A stretch of 63,005 bases of DNA, counting the filler, from Choristocarpus tenellus KU-1152 (lineage: Eukaryota; Protista; Phaeophyceae): assembly GCA_964200185.2 (NCBI GenBank). It is 11 parts of 11 records of this genome, joined end to end, with 100 filler letters (N's around TTAATTAATTAA, not from the genome) between each part and the next. Parts side by side here need not be neighbours in the genome. Positions count along the whole stretch, not along the records: positions 49,118 to 58,187 come from CAXNAD020004022.1; positions 58,288 to 63,005 come from CAXNAD020013357.1; 9 more parts are not named here. One strand, given 5' to 3'. The position numbers and the translations under genes are program-made. Below the pieces are notes generated by a model. That model made no database searches, had not been told where the DNA came from, and worked only from the letters and a program-made list of their open reading frames with translations. Positions 52,130 to 62,965 of the stretch are shown in pieces (within the stretch, counting starts at the first letter, position 1; each line of letters opens with the position of its first letter).

Positions 52130-52545
52130 TGTCAAGATTTTTGCTTGTCCATGTGTGGGAATAAGATTTGAAGTGTGCAGATTGAGTTGATTTCAAGCTG
52201 GGGTTTGTTGTTGGACTGATTTGATTCTCACTGCATAGTCAGAGCAGGGGAGTGTGCCAAGATTATGCTTGACCATTTGTGATAATATGATTTGAAGTAT
52301 TATCTTATGTACGCACAGATGATAATGCGGGACATTCGGGATATTTAGGGTTACAGGGTATTTGACCAGAAGTAATTGGCGGACTGTTAGGGTCAGAGTG
52401 TTTCTGATGTATACTAGAGAACTGTTGAGTCATTTGGTATTCTGAGTCATTCAGTGTAAGGATTGGTGAGCCCCACCCAGTGATGGTATCTCACTCTCTT
52501 CTCAACTGTGATACAAGCTAATAAACAATAATATAACTGGTTTGT
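52130..52545 (+). repeat. LTR region between copia copies 1 and 2 (boundaries approximate)
   Basis: Follows the purine tract AGAGCAGGGGAG and aligns with 56194-56867 once the MITE in the latter is removed. The exact 3' CA and PBS were not resolved. Confidence 0.75.
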
Positions 52546-52964
52546 GTGGGACAACAGATCGTTTATTTGCTTGCTTGCGCAGTTGTTATTTTCTTGTATT
52601 TTAGCTATCATCAGGAAGGAGTCAAGATAAACTATGATACCCAGATCAAGATTCGATGCAAATCTAAACTCCATTGATGACGGAATGGAAGAACCGATAA
52701 TGACCCGAGGGGGGGTGAGAATTATGATGGGACATCAGCTTTGCAAGGGGGCGAGGTTAGGGTTGGGGCTAGAGATACGGTGGCTGTGGGGGCTAGACCT
52801 GTATTTGCCCCGAAACTGAAGAAATATTCCTCAAAATAACCTGCGTTCAAGGGGGAACCAGGGACGGGGAGGAAGTGGAGCAAAACGTTTCTTACACACG
52901 CTCTCTCATCGGGGTGGAGGGAGCCACTAGTAACTAAGGAAGATCTGAGGGTACTGTTGTTGGA

Positions 52965-53225
52965 GAGCGAAAGTATCTTAGAGGGTAGGAGTTTTGCACT
53001 GTTCGTCCATTTGAGGTTTGGCTTCCCACGGGTTCTTATGAAATCTCAACTACTCCGAAATGTTCTGGAGTGGGTAAAATATATATACGTTATGAGAATG
53101 GGTGTCCAGAACCGAGGATATTGACACTTTCTAACAAATACAATAGCCAAAATTTCATCGAAATCACAACATTGAATTTTGGCCCCCAAATAGACGCGGC
53201 TCTACCCTCTAAGATACTTCGACTC
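52965..53225 (+). mobile_element. MITE family A inserted in copia gag
   Basis: The empty site is visible in copy 1 (GTTGTTCGAGTATTCC near 49272); here the element is flanked by TGGA/TGGA. Confidence 0.92.
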
Positions 53226-54171
53226 TGGAGTATTCCCTGACGGGTGTGGACCCATCTCTGCACCATGCGACGACGTATGCAATTAATGGACTGCAGAAGG
53301 CGACGACGGGAACTGCATTGGACATCATGCTGACGTACAAATCTCCGAGTGAGGCGTTTGCCGCACCGGTCAAGAACTATGCTCATTCTGGACAAACAGA
53401 GAGAAATCTCGTGAAACAGCAATTTATGAACAAGGGAGGAGGACCAAAAATGGATGGATCTGGCGAAGGACAAGCAAGAATGGGAGTTTTTCCGGTAACA
53501 AGTCAAGTGAGCTATCTTGTTAGTAAGGTGAAATCACTTCCCTTCTAGAGACCGTCATGGGTTGAGGTTTGGATTTGGGACCATGGAGCCACACATAATT
53601 TTACAACAATCAATAAAAACATGTTTAATTGGGAATCTTGTTATGGAACAGTTGCAGTTGGAGGTGGTGGAACACTTGACATCGTGGGGAAGGGGGACAT
53701 CAAATTGGAATGTGTTCTAAGTGGTAAATTGGAGACTGTTGTATTCACTAACGTACTTCTGGTGCCTGATCTTGGTGTGAACTTGTATTCTGCCAAGGCA
53801 TGCATTCGAGATGGTCACAGTTTCCGGTCTGTCGACTCCACTAGAATCTCAACGTTTAGGGACAATAGGGAAAGAAATCTCACCTTCACGTCATTAGGGG
53901 AGGAGGAATTATTCTCCCTAGGGATGCGCAGAGTGAGTGTGAGGAATGGCTCCGATTCTACTAAAATGTCCCTACCACTGATGCAACTTCCGTTTCTGGT
54001 ACACCAAGAATTAAGTTGACCCGGAAAACTGCATCGATGGATGTGAATGAGCTGCACACGCGATTAGGTGATGTTCATCAGGGGTTGGACAGGAAAGGCG
54101 CTTCGGCGCAGAACATTTTGTTAAGTGGAACATGGGGGCCATCTTGTTGAGGTTGCCCACTCGGCAGGGAT

Positions 54172-54483
54172 TGTGCAAATTAGGACAATGGTGAGGTGTA
54201 CCTTATTTTGTGTATGAGAGATGTAACTAATGAGATAGTACATCCGGATTATGCATGGGATTATGTATGGGTTACTATTCTGCATTCAACTACTTTGACA
54301 TAATAACCGTTGACTTACATATGAGACAAATAATACTAAAGAAGCAATAGAAGACACCCCACAAAGGTCACTCACTAATTCCATCCATTCTTTTCATGTT
54401 CAGCAAAGGGGATCGTGTGAGGCTTCGCACCCTCTTGTCTTCACTACTGACAAATAGCATTACCTCCCTAGGTAGATTGCACA
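54172..54483 (+). mobile_element. Solo LTR (312 bp) nested in copia copy 2
   Basis: Termini TGTGCAA...TTGCACA with 5-bp flanks GGGAT/AGGAT. Absent from copy 1 at about 50450. Confidence 0.8.
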
Positions 54484-56193
54484 AGGATCACATCATCCAA
54501 TTCCAAAGGAGACGGAGAATCGTGCTTTGGTAAAGGGGAAAGATGTTTACGTGGACTCGACTGGAACGAATGCAACGTCAGAGGAGGAGGTTGTGATATC
54601 TGATGATCTCGCCCAGGAGGGGGCTAGAGGAGTCGATTTCGCATAGAATGAGACTGGAGGTATCGACCTAACCCACGTTGGGGCTAGAGATGTCGATCTC
54701 ACTCAAGAGGGGAGTGGAGGCGATGTCAATTGTGGAGGATCGATGTTTGACACTACTACATCAGTGGATGATACTGTAGCGAAGTGGAAGCTTCCCCCTG
54801 AGGGGGTTGAAGAGAATGCCATAGTCCCAGGAGGGATTGTTAGGGGGGGGGGACCCACTCCAAAGATGGCACGGGCAGTTATTGATCCGGGAGGGTCAAC
54901 AAGTACAAATGCAAAATTAGGGTCCACATATATGGATTTTGGGGTAGGGTGTTGATGACTGAGGACGTTGAACCAGGTCTGAGTTGGACTATGAATGAGT
55001 CCAGTCAAAAAGCTTATAAGAAAGCTCTGCTAAGTCCTGTGGTAGCAGGAAATGCAATAGGGTTGGTGATGGAGAAAAGGGAGTTAGATGAACGGTCGAA
55101 CGCTGACATTGGTGATATGGACCCAGTGTCAGCAGGGGAGAGTGAGGAACAAAGTGCTGCGATATGTGGATCCGAATAATGACCCTACATCTGAACTGAG
55201 CGAACTAGTGGAGGAGTTACCTGGAATTGAGCAAGAAATGAAAATGCGAGAGGCAATCGAGTCAGAGGAGTGGCCTTTGTGGAATGGGGCTGTGGACGAG
55301 GAAATGGGAATACAAAATAGACATTCAAAAACTCAGTTTATTTATTCATTAAGTTGGGACTACTTTTCAACCGGGGCAGATGGATGAAAAAGGGAGAGTA
55401 CAGAGGTCCAAGGTGGGAGTAGGACGATTGGAAGAAGAAGGAGAATGGAGCTGGAGGGACCTGTTCCAGAGAACTACAGATCTATGATTGGTGGTATCTA
55501 AATGTGGATATCAATCATGACAAGGTCTGATATAGCATCAGCAGTATGGAGCCTAGCGATGCAGTTTGTGAATCCCACAGTTACGTATTGGAAGGGGACA
55601 GAAAGAGTAATTGATAAGAGAGGTTGGACTTATGGTGATTTCAGTTTTTACGGGAATGCACCTAGGGACCAACTCATTGGCTGATGCAAACTACGCCAAT
55701 TGTGTGATTTCAAGATTTTCTGTGTCTGGTGGCGTGGTAATGTTTGGGGGTGCACGTTTGAGCTGGTGGTCAAAAATGCAGAAAACTGTTGCTTTGTCTA
55801 CCACTGAGGCTGGGTATGTGTCGTTGTGTGATTTGGTCAAGGAGATTATGTTTTTGCAGCAAGTCCATTTTTTTTTTGAGCCAACTATGCACAAATATTG
55901 TGTACGATTGTTTGAAGACAATAGTGAGGCAATCAAGTTGGCTGAGATAACAGCTTCGGGGGGTAGGACAAAACATACAGATATTAGATATCATTATGTT
56001 AGAAAATTGGTGAAGGAGGGGAAGGCACAGATTGTCTATGTAAACTCCGGTGAACAACATGGAGATTTGTTCACGAAGGCTTTGAGTGGTAATGTGATTG
56101 AATTTCACACTAGAACTATCATGCACTGTGAGCAAGGGGTAGTGTGCAGATTGAGTTCATTGGATTCATGATATATGGTCAGAGCAGGGGAGT

Positions 56194-56867
56194 GTGTCAA
56201 GATTTTGCTTGTCCATGTGTAAGAATAAGATTGGATGTTTGCAGATTGAGTTGATTTCAAGTTTGGATTTATTGTTGAACTGATTTGATTCTCACAGTAT
56301 AGTCAGAGCAGGGGAGCGTGTCAAGATTATCCTTGGACATTTGTGAGAATATGATTTTAAGTATTATTTTATGTACGCACAGACGATAATGCGGGATATT
56401 CAGGATATTTAGGCGGGGTATTTGACCAGAAGTAATTGGCGGACTGTTAGAGTCGGAGTGTTTCTGGCGTGTACTAGAGAACTGTTGAGTCATTTGGTAT
56501 TCTGAGTCATCATTCAATGTAAGGATTGGTGAGCACCAAAGTATCTTAGAGGGAAGAGCCGCGTCCATTTGGGGATCAAAATCCAATGTTGCGATATTGA
56601 TGTAATTTTAGCTATCGTATTTGTTACGAAGTGTCAATATCCATGTTCCGGACACACCTTTTCATAACATCTACACTTTACCTACTCCTAAACATTTTGG
56701 AGTAGGAAAATATAATAAAAGAACCCATGGGAAGCCAAGCCTCAAATGGACAAACAGGACAAAACTCGTACCTCTAAGATACTTTCACTCTAAGCCCCAC
56801 CCAGTGATGGTATCTCATTCTCTTCTCAATTGTGATACAAGCTAATAAACAATAATATAACTGGTTG
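56194..56867 (+). repeat. 3' LTR region of copia copy 2, interrupted by MITE A
   Basis: Aligns with 52130-52545 and is preceded by the AGAGCAGGGGAG purine tract. Confidence 0.75.
56533..56790 (-). mobile_element. MITE family A inserted in LTR
   Basis: Reverse-oriented full copy; the empty site AAGGATTGGTGAGCCCCACC is at about 52458; flanks TGA/TAA. Confidence 0.92.
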
Positions 56868-57079
56868 NNNNNNNNNNAGATCGTCAAGGACAGCTTAACA
56901 TATATATTGTCCTGACCTGTGATCATCGCCTGTGGTCAGCGTGAAATACGTACTCCTAGTTCACACTGGGGGGCATGTTACAAGTGAATAGCATGTCTGC
57001 CTTTTCGCATTCTAACCAGTGTGAATAGTCTTGTTATGACCTGTACTATTTTATGTGGTTTTTAGGCATTTTTGTTTGT

Positions 57080-57735
57080 ATTTGAGACATGGTTCTTGTA
57101 TTGTATTGTCTGTGTTTATAGTTCTGAAGGGGGAAGTATTTATGGCAGTACCCTATTTCAGTGCTATTATGATTTTGCATCCATATCCATTTGTATCGAT
57201 ATTTGTAAGGGGGGAGAGTCATATTATGACACTCCCTATTTTTTCTGAGTCATTTTTTTGTTTGTATGTTATTATTTCGTAGGTAGGGCAAGCCTTTATA
57301 AGCAGGACCTTATTTTGTTTGTGACTGTGAGACATTATCTTGTTGTCCTATAGTTTGTGTTTATAGTTGTGAAGGGGGGCAGTCTACGGCAGTACCCTAT
57401 TTCAGTGCTATTGTGCCTGTATTCATTTTTGTTGATAATTATGAAGAGGGAGAGACTTGCTGAGATATTCCTCATTTTTTTTGTAAGATGTTTGTATTTT
57501 TTGTGTATGTTCATAGTTTCTAGAGAGGGTAATCCTTTCCATGACAGTACTCAATCTCTTTTGTGACTGTGAGTCATGGTCTAAGTGTCCTGTCGTTGCT
57601 GTGTTTTACTTCTGAAGGGGGAGAGTCTGTTGCAATACCCAAATTCAGTACTACTATGGTTTTGTCTCTGTATTTGTGTTTGTTTGGCTTGGAAGGGGTG
57701 GAGTCTTTTTAGACAGTACCCTACTTTTGACGTGT
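57080..57735 (+). repeat. Degenerate higher-order tandem repeat (~245-bp period built from ~80-bp subunits)
   Basis: TGTGTTT...TGAAGGGGG...CA(G/A)TACCC..TTCAGT.CTA occurs at about 57111, 57356 and 57600. Related AGGG...TACCCT cores lie at about 57207, 57282, 57445, 57522 and 57692. Confidence 0.7.
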
Positions 57736-58015
57736 GTATGAGACTCTGGTGTAGGAGTTTTTCTTTTGAACGTTGAGTCAAATGAAGAGTGAGTGCCATG
57801 AGGTGCGAACATATCTGTCATTTGGAAGGGGGTCTTTCCTCCAGGTTTCCTCCTCCGCTGGATCCCCAACGCTGCCTACTGATATGTTAGGACCTGGAAG
57901 TAACATTTATTTAATTTCTGCTGCGTTCATGATAGGATGAGGAGTGACATTATATTTCCTCGTCCAATCGCCTGTTTATCGCATTGAAGCAGCTATGCTT
58001 CATGCTAGGGAGGCA

Positions 58016-58100
58016 TGTTACAGGCGATATGTCGTGATGGCGGTTTCATAAACACCATTATAACCTTGAAGTCCTAGATTTGATATATTTGAACTTCTTG
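58016..58100 (+). mobile_element. PPT-preceded LTR start, interrupted by MITE B
   Basis: AGGGAGGCA followed by TGTTACAGG; a second copy is inverted at 47955-48036. Confidence 0.65.
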
Positions 58101-58101
58101 A

Positions 58102-58187
58102 GACCCAAAGTGTCTGTGGGGGGGGGGGGGGGTCGCCCCCGGGGTACCCCCTTGGCCCAAACCCAGAAAAGGGGCCCTACCCCACCC
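58102..58187 (-). mobile_element. MITE family B fragment at contig end
   Basis: GACCCAAAGTGTCTG + poly-G + TCGCCCCCGGGG is the reverse of the B 3' end. Confidence 0.7.
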
Positions 58188-58792
58188 NNNNNNNNNNNNN
58201 NNNNNNNNNNNNNNNNNNNNNNNNNNNNNNNTTAATTAATTAANNNNNNNNNNNNNNNNNNNNNNNNNNNNNNNNNNNNNNNNNNNNCTGAATTTACATC
58301 ACATCATTTTGGATTGAGCAACCAAGAATACTGAATTTACATCGCATCATTCTTGACTGAGAGATCAATGACCTCAGTTACAACAGAAAAAATACATAGG
58401 TGCTTTGCAGCACAATCACACCTATCCATAACATAGACTACGTATATCACTCATCGGTGTTTTGCAACACCATGATTCCTCATCACCAGTAGTCTAAGCA
58501 TTTTGCTTACATATACGATGCATTCGATTCAGGTTTCAACAATTGGTCCCGCAATTATTTAACATATCCTGGTCGATGTCAATTATTTAACATATCCGGA
58601 CCATGCCCACTGGGTATTGTCCCAGTCCGTGTCCACTGGCCAGTCAGTCTAACTTTTTCCCTTGCATGTCCAAGCCATGACAGCCAACCACTTAAACTAT
58701 CTTGGTCTGTCCCGAACATGTCCCATTACTTGTTCTACAAATCCAACTGTCAATTTCGTTTGACCTTTCCATGCGAAAAATGAGAGTGTAAT

Positions 58793-58994
58793 CAACATAT
58801 TGAAGGCTAAGTTATACTCCAGTATGTACATATAGATACTACTCTTTCAGAACATCTCTGGACTTTCTTGGTTCGAAATTATATGCCAACAATGAGAATG
58901 TATACAACATATTGAAAGCTAAATTATACCTCTGTATGTGCATAAAGATAGCACTCCTTCAAATCATCTTTGGACTTTCTTGGTTCGAAATTAT
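58793..58994 (+). repeat. ~113-bp-period direct duplication downstream of hAT transposase
   Basis: CAACATATTGAA.GCTAA.TTATAC...GGACTTTCTTGGTTCGAAATTAT occurs twice. Confidence 0.85.
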
Positions 58995-59387
58995 GAGGAA
59001 CATCCACATATGCATGTGCTGTGAGCATGTCCAGAGGCATAATGAACGGATTTTACATTTATTTACGTGCTTACTATACATAATTTGACCAACGACGACT
59101 GAGTGTTTATCTATTCCACATGAAACCCTCAAAAAAAGGTTAGACACTGCAATATTAACGAAACAAGTGAATTACCTTTAGTTCAAGAAAAAAGTAATCA
59201 ACAGATGCTTTTCTGGCGTCTCGTATATTAACCCAAAAGAAAAAAATGTTGCATTCTGAACAGACATTCAAATTTATAGTTTATGCCACAAGTACATCAC
59301 CTGCTATTTTTTTCTGGCATGCATATATTTTCATACGAGACTCCGTCTGCTTGGTTACTAGCACCTCCATCTCCTGCCTTTACTTAG

Positions 59388-61470
59388 TCATCTCCTTAAT
59401 AAGTACAAGTACGTAATTCTCTTCTCCTCTATAACATTCAGACCATGCACTGAGGTGAGGAGTTTGAGGGTGAGGCTTGAGAAATCTCTCTGAGATTGAC
59501 AACTTGTGTCATCAATCCCGTGATAAATCCTGGCAAACATGGTCACCGCCTTCTCTTTCCAGTACATCAAGGCCAAACGTTTTACCCCCCAATACCTCCT
59601 CCTCTCTGTCATACTGGTTGAGTTCCTGCCTCAGGACCTCTGCATGAATGGACATTCTTGGACGATCCTTCCCTTTCTCTGGTGACCTCTTCCTCGCCTT
59701 CAGTTAAAGACGTTGCATAATCGTCTATTGCTGCTTTACCTTAAGCAAATTCTCCCAGTCACAAACCCAGGTGTTATCAGCATAGGGTCAGATTCACTCC
59801 CACCAAACTTGGCAGCAAAACATTTTCTCCCTCATCTGCATCTAGAAGAGAATCCCCTTTTGTGCTCTAGCTCAGCAACAGCTTTGTTTTGCAATCAAGA
59901 GTCCCCATTAGTGCATGAGCCTATGTGGCAATCTTTGGTAAGGGGTTCAAGAAAGAATGCCTCTTGCTCCTTATCAATGCTTTGCTCACTGAGCTTTCGT
60001 ACCTCCGTATCCTCGAGGAAAACTCTGAGGAACATTTGCAAAGTGTCAATGAGTTTTGCCACTTTTGCATCCTCAATGTCATCATCCCCAATCCTCCACG
60101 GATTCTTGATGGGGTGTGTATCCTTGCTGTAGATGCTACTTAGGTTAGTCATAAAACAAATTATTCTGCTCATGAAACCATCACGCCCACCCTGAATGCT
60201 GGCTGTGACATCTGTCGTCTGCTCAAGAAGACTGGCTAGTCTACTCAAGAACACCCACTCCTCACCGTGGGGATGCTTCTTGATATTTTGGTTGTGTTTC
60301 TTCTAGTTCCCTACCACTGATACCGAGCGCTTACTCAACAGAAGTGTTCAGAATACGTGCAACACATATTATTGCAGGTACCTTGAGTTCACGTAAGACG
60401 TTGAGGATGTTTGCTCCCTGGTCAGCAAGAAAAACGTCACGTAGATGTACCTCCTCACCCATGAAGGAGCTGAATAACTTACTCACAACCTGCATATAGT
60501 ACACAGAGAGGAGGTGGAACACACAGAAACAAATACATTGAAGATTGAGTAGTTACTAACTAGTATGTGTTTCTCACATAATAATACAATGGTTGATGGG
60601 ACAGGGCACAGGGCAATCTTCAACTCATGTTCTGAATCCAGAGGTTGGTGTCTGGATGTCTGGATGAGTGTGCTGCCCAGAAAAAAAGGTGCAGTTCCCA
60701 CTCGAAGCCTGGACGTCCCCTGGAACCATATTCACAGTACCCGTGTAATCATTACTTGACTGCAGCAATATTGATAAGGTCGAGTTGCAACCCACAAAAA
60801 GGTCTTGAGTACGCAAACCTCAAGCATTCTTCATGTTGCAAACATAACTTTTGAACAGCGCTGTTCTGAAGTTCCACATACAGCTTGAGAAGCAACTTGT
60901 TGAACGTTGTTGAGTGCATTAGTCAAGTGGCATAGGATGGCGAAACGTCACCCATATGAATCATACATCCTTCAATATGTCTCCTCGAATCTTCTTGACA
61001 ATCAATGGCTGTCTTGATAGCAAATTTTCGGTTGAGTCCATTGCGCCTAGATTCGGATATGACATTTTCAGACACGAACCTGTGATCCCTTGCACGCCAT
61101 CACCTGTGCAGAGGCAACGAAAGGTAACAAAAGCCACCAGAATACACAACCTCACTTTAGTACATTCCCTGCCTAAGTTAGTTGCCGATTAGAGTGATTA
61201 GAGGGATAGCAACCCTCGGCTGAAACTTAGTTCAAATGTTTTCTAGGCCCCTGAGCTACCAAGAAAGCAGTTACTAGAGGTTCTAGCAGTCTGAGGTAAA
61301 GGGTACGTTTGCATTTTGTTGGAATATATACTGCATGTGCCTGGAGTGCTTCTCCTGATCAATAAAGCTTAGCAAAGTCATCTCCAACGTTTGTCCTTGT
61401 GAGTCAAAAATAGCTGGCGGTGGTGCCACGTTGATGACGTAACCGCAACCATGAAGTAGTAGCTATCTAC
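59388..61470 (-). pseudogene. hAT-superfamily transposase, decayed
   Basis: ADQGANI...IICVARILNTSV (TDNxxN / CxxHxLN), EWVFLSRLASLLEQTTDVTASIQG, and the C-terminal dimerisation motif LMYWKEK...ARIYHGIDDTSCQSQRDFSSL. Numerous stops and frameshifts; the 5' boundary is approximate. Confidence 0.8.
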
Positions 61471-62816
61471 AAGGAGGGGCGCATACATGTCTCTCTGGCA
61501 TCAAACAGCGACCCTTTTCTTTCTCTTTCTCTGTCCCTTATGACCATGTGTCTCCTTTTCACCCCCAGGATCTGTACCTTCCTCACTATCACCACCAGCA
61601 TCATCTTCATGGTCCTCATCACTGTGGTCGTCCATGTACACACCCTGGTTGTTACTCCCCTCTGCTCCCAAACCACCAATTTTCTCATGGTCGTAATCTG
61701 TTGATGCTGTCTGTTCCCTGTATAATGTGGTGCAAGGTTGAACTCGATTGCTCCTCGTTGCCGTACTCTACAGACTTAATCGGCCATAGCTGTGCGGATG
61801 GCCTTACGCTTTCCTGCCTCTGTGAGGGGGTGTTTAATTCTTGGTAAAGGTTATGAAACACGGGTTAAGGAGGAAAAACGTCGAACCAGTTCATAGCGGT
61901 TCTATGTGTACTGGAGAATCTTGTTTCTGGAGCAGTAGATGTTTGCAATTGATTTGTGGATGAAGGTTTCCAAGAAGGGAATCAATGCAAGGAAAAGGAA
62001 GGATGTTGCACTGCAGGATCAATATACTGTAAAGGTTACACATTATGCAGTTAGCGCTAGTGCCAACAATAATACTGGTACTATTGGTAATAGTAGTAGT
62101 AGTAGTAGTAGCAGTAGTACGGACAATGGAGGAAGGCAAAAGTGACGTAGAACGTAAATCTGATTCATTGTTGTTGGAGCAAGAGAAAAAACAGAATGGG
62201 ATGGGCAGAAATAAGTGTATACAGATGTATGTAGTATGTCCTGTTAAGAGAGGATAAGAACGATGTCATCTCTTTGTGCAGAGTCAATGATCAAAACCAC
62301 CTGACCCATGACATGCAGCAGGTACGTACATATGTATTTTAGTAGTATTGCTGGGAGGACGGAGTGTATGACTGAGGAACTACCAGCAGTAGTATTTGTG
62401 GCATTTGTAGTGGCAGTAGTGGTATTGGTAGTGGTAGGTCAAGCATGAGTAAAGTTTGTACGACGAGAATGGGTATCCAAACTGATTCAAATAATAGTGA
62501 CTATTTATTGTTATATAGGAGGGCTTGGTATTATTATTACCTTTCAAACTTGCGTTGGTTTATGGTTGGTTGTGAAAGCTGCTGCGTAAGGTTCGGCGAC
62601 AGAGGAGGTATGATGTAATAGTTGACGTAGGGATTGGGTGGTGTAGACGGCAAGGTAGTATGATAGTGGATGAATGCATCGTTTGTATGGTGTCCATTAG
62701 ATTTCTGAGTGCAGAATACACAATTTCAAATATTGTGACCAGTATACTTGGTAACGAGGAAATGCCCATCATGTCATTTCTGTTATCGATCTTATTGACT
62801 GGAAGAGGGATACTTT

Positions 62817-62888
62817 TTTCAATGCCAAAGTGTTAGGATCTTAGCAGTAGGGATATTTCAATGCCAAAGCGCTAGGATCTTAGCAGTA
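62817..62888 (+). repeat. ~39-bp-period tandem duplication
   Basis: TTTCAATGCCAAAG(T/C)G(T/C)TAGGATCTTAGCAGTA occurs twice. Confidence 0.85.
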
Positions 62889-62965
62889 TTAGCATTATTA
62901 TTCGGCTTATGTAGCATTTACAAGACGAGAGCATAGGAATCAAACGTCGTAAACACGAGAACAAA

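Larger units (their letters stand above)
52636..56170 (+). mobile_element. Ty1/copia retrotransposon internal region, copy 2 (degenerate, with MITE and solo-LTR insertions)
   Basis: Gag N-terminus PAFKGEPG..KWSKTFLTHA, protease WIWDHGATHNF...VGKGDI...NVLLVPDLGVNLYS, and RNase H DANYA...SVSG...WWSKMQKTVALSTTEAGY...RTKHTDIRYH. Colinear with copy 1. Confidence 0.9.

Noticed and set aside
57080-57735. CRISPR array
   Set aside because: The repeats are highly degenerate, the spacers are related to each other with higher-order periodicity, the context is a eukaryotic retroelement and no cas genes are present.
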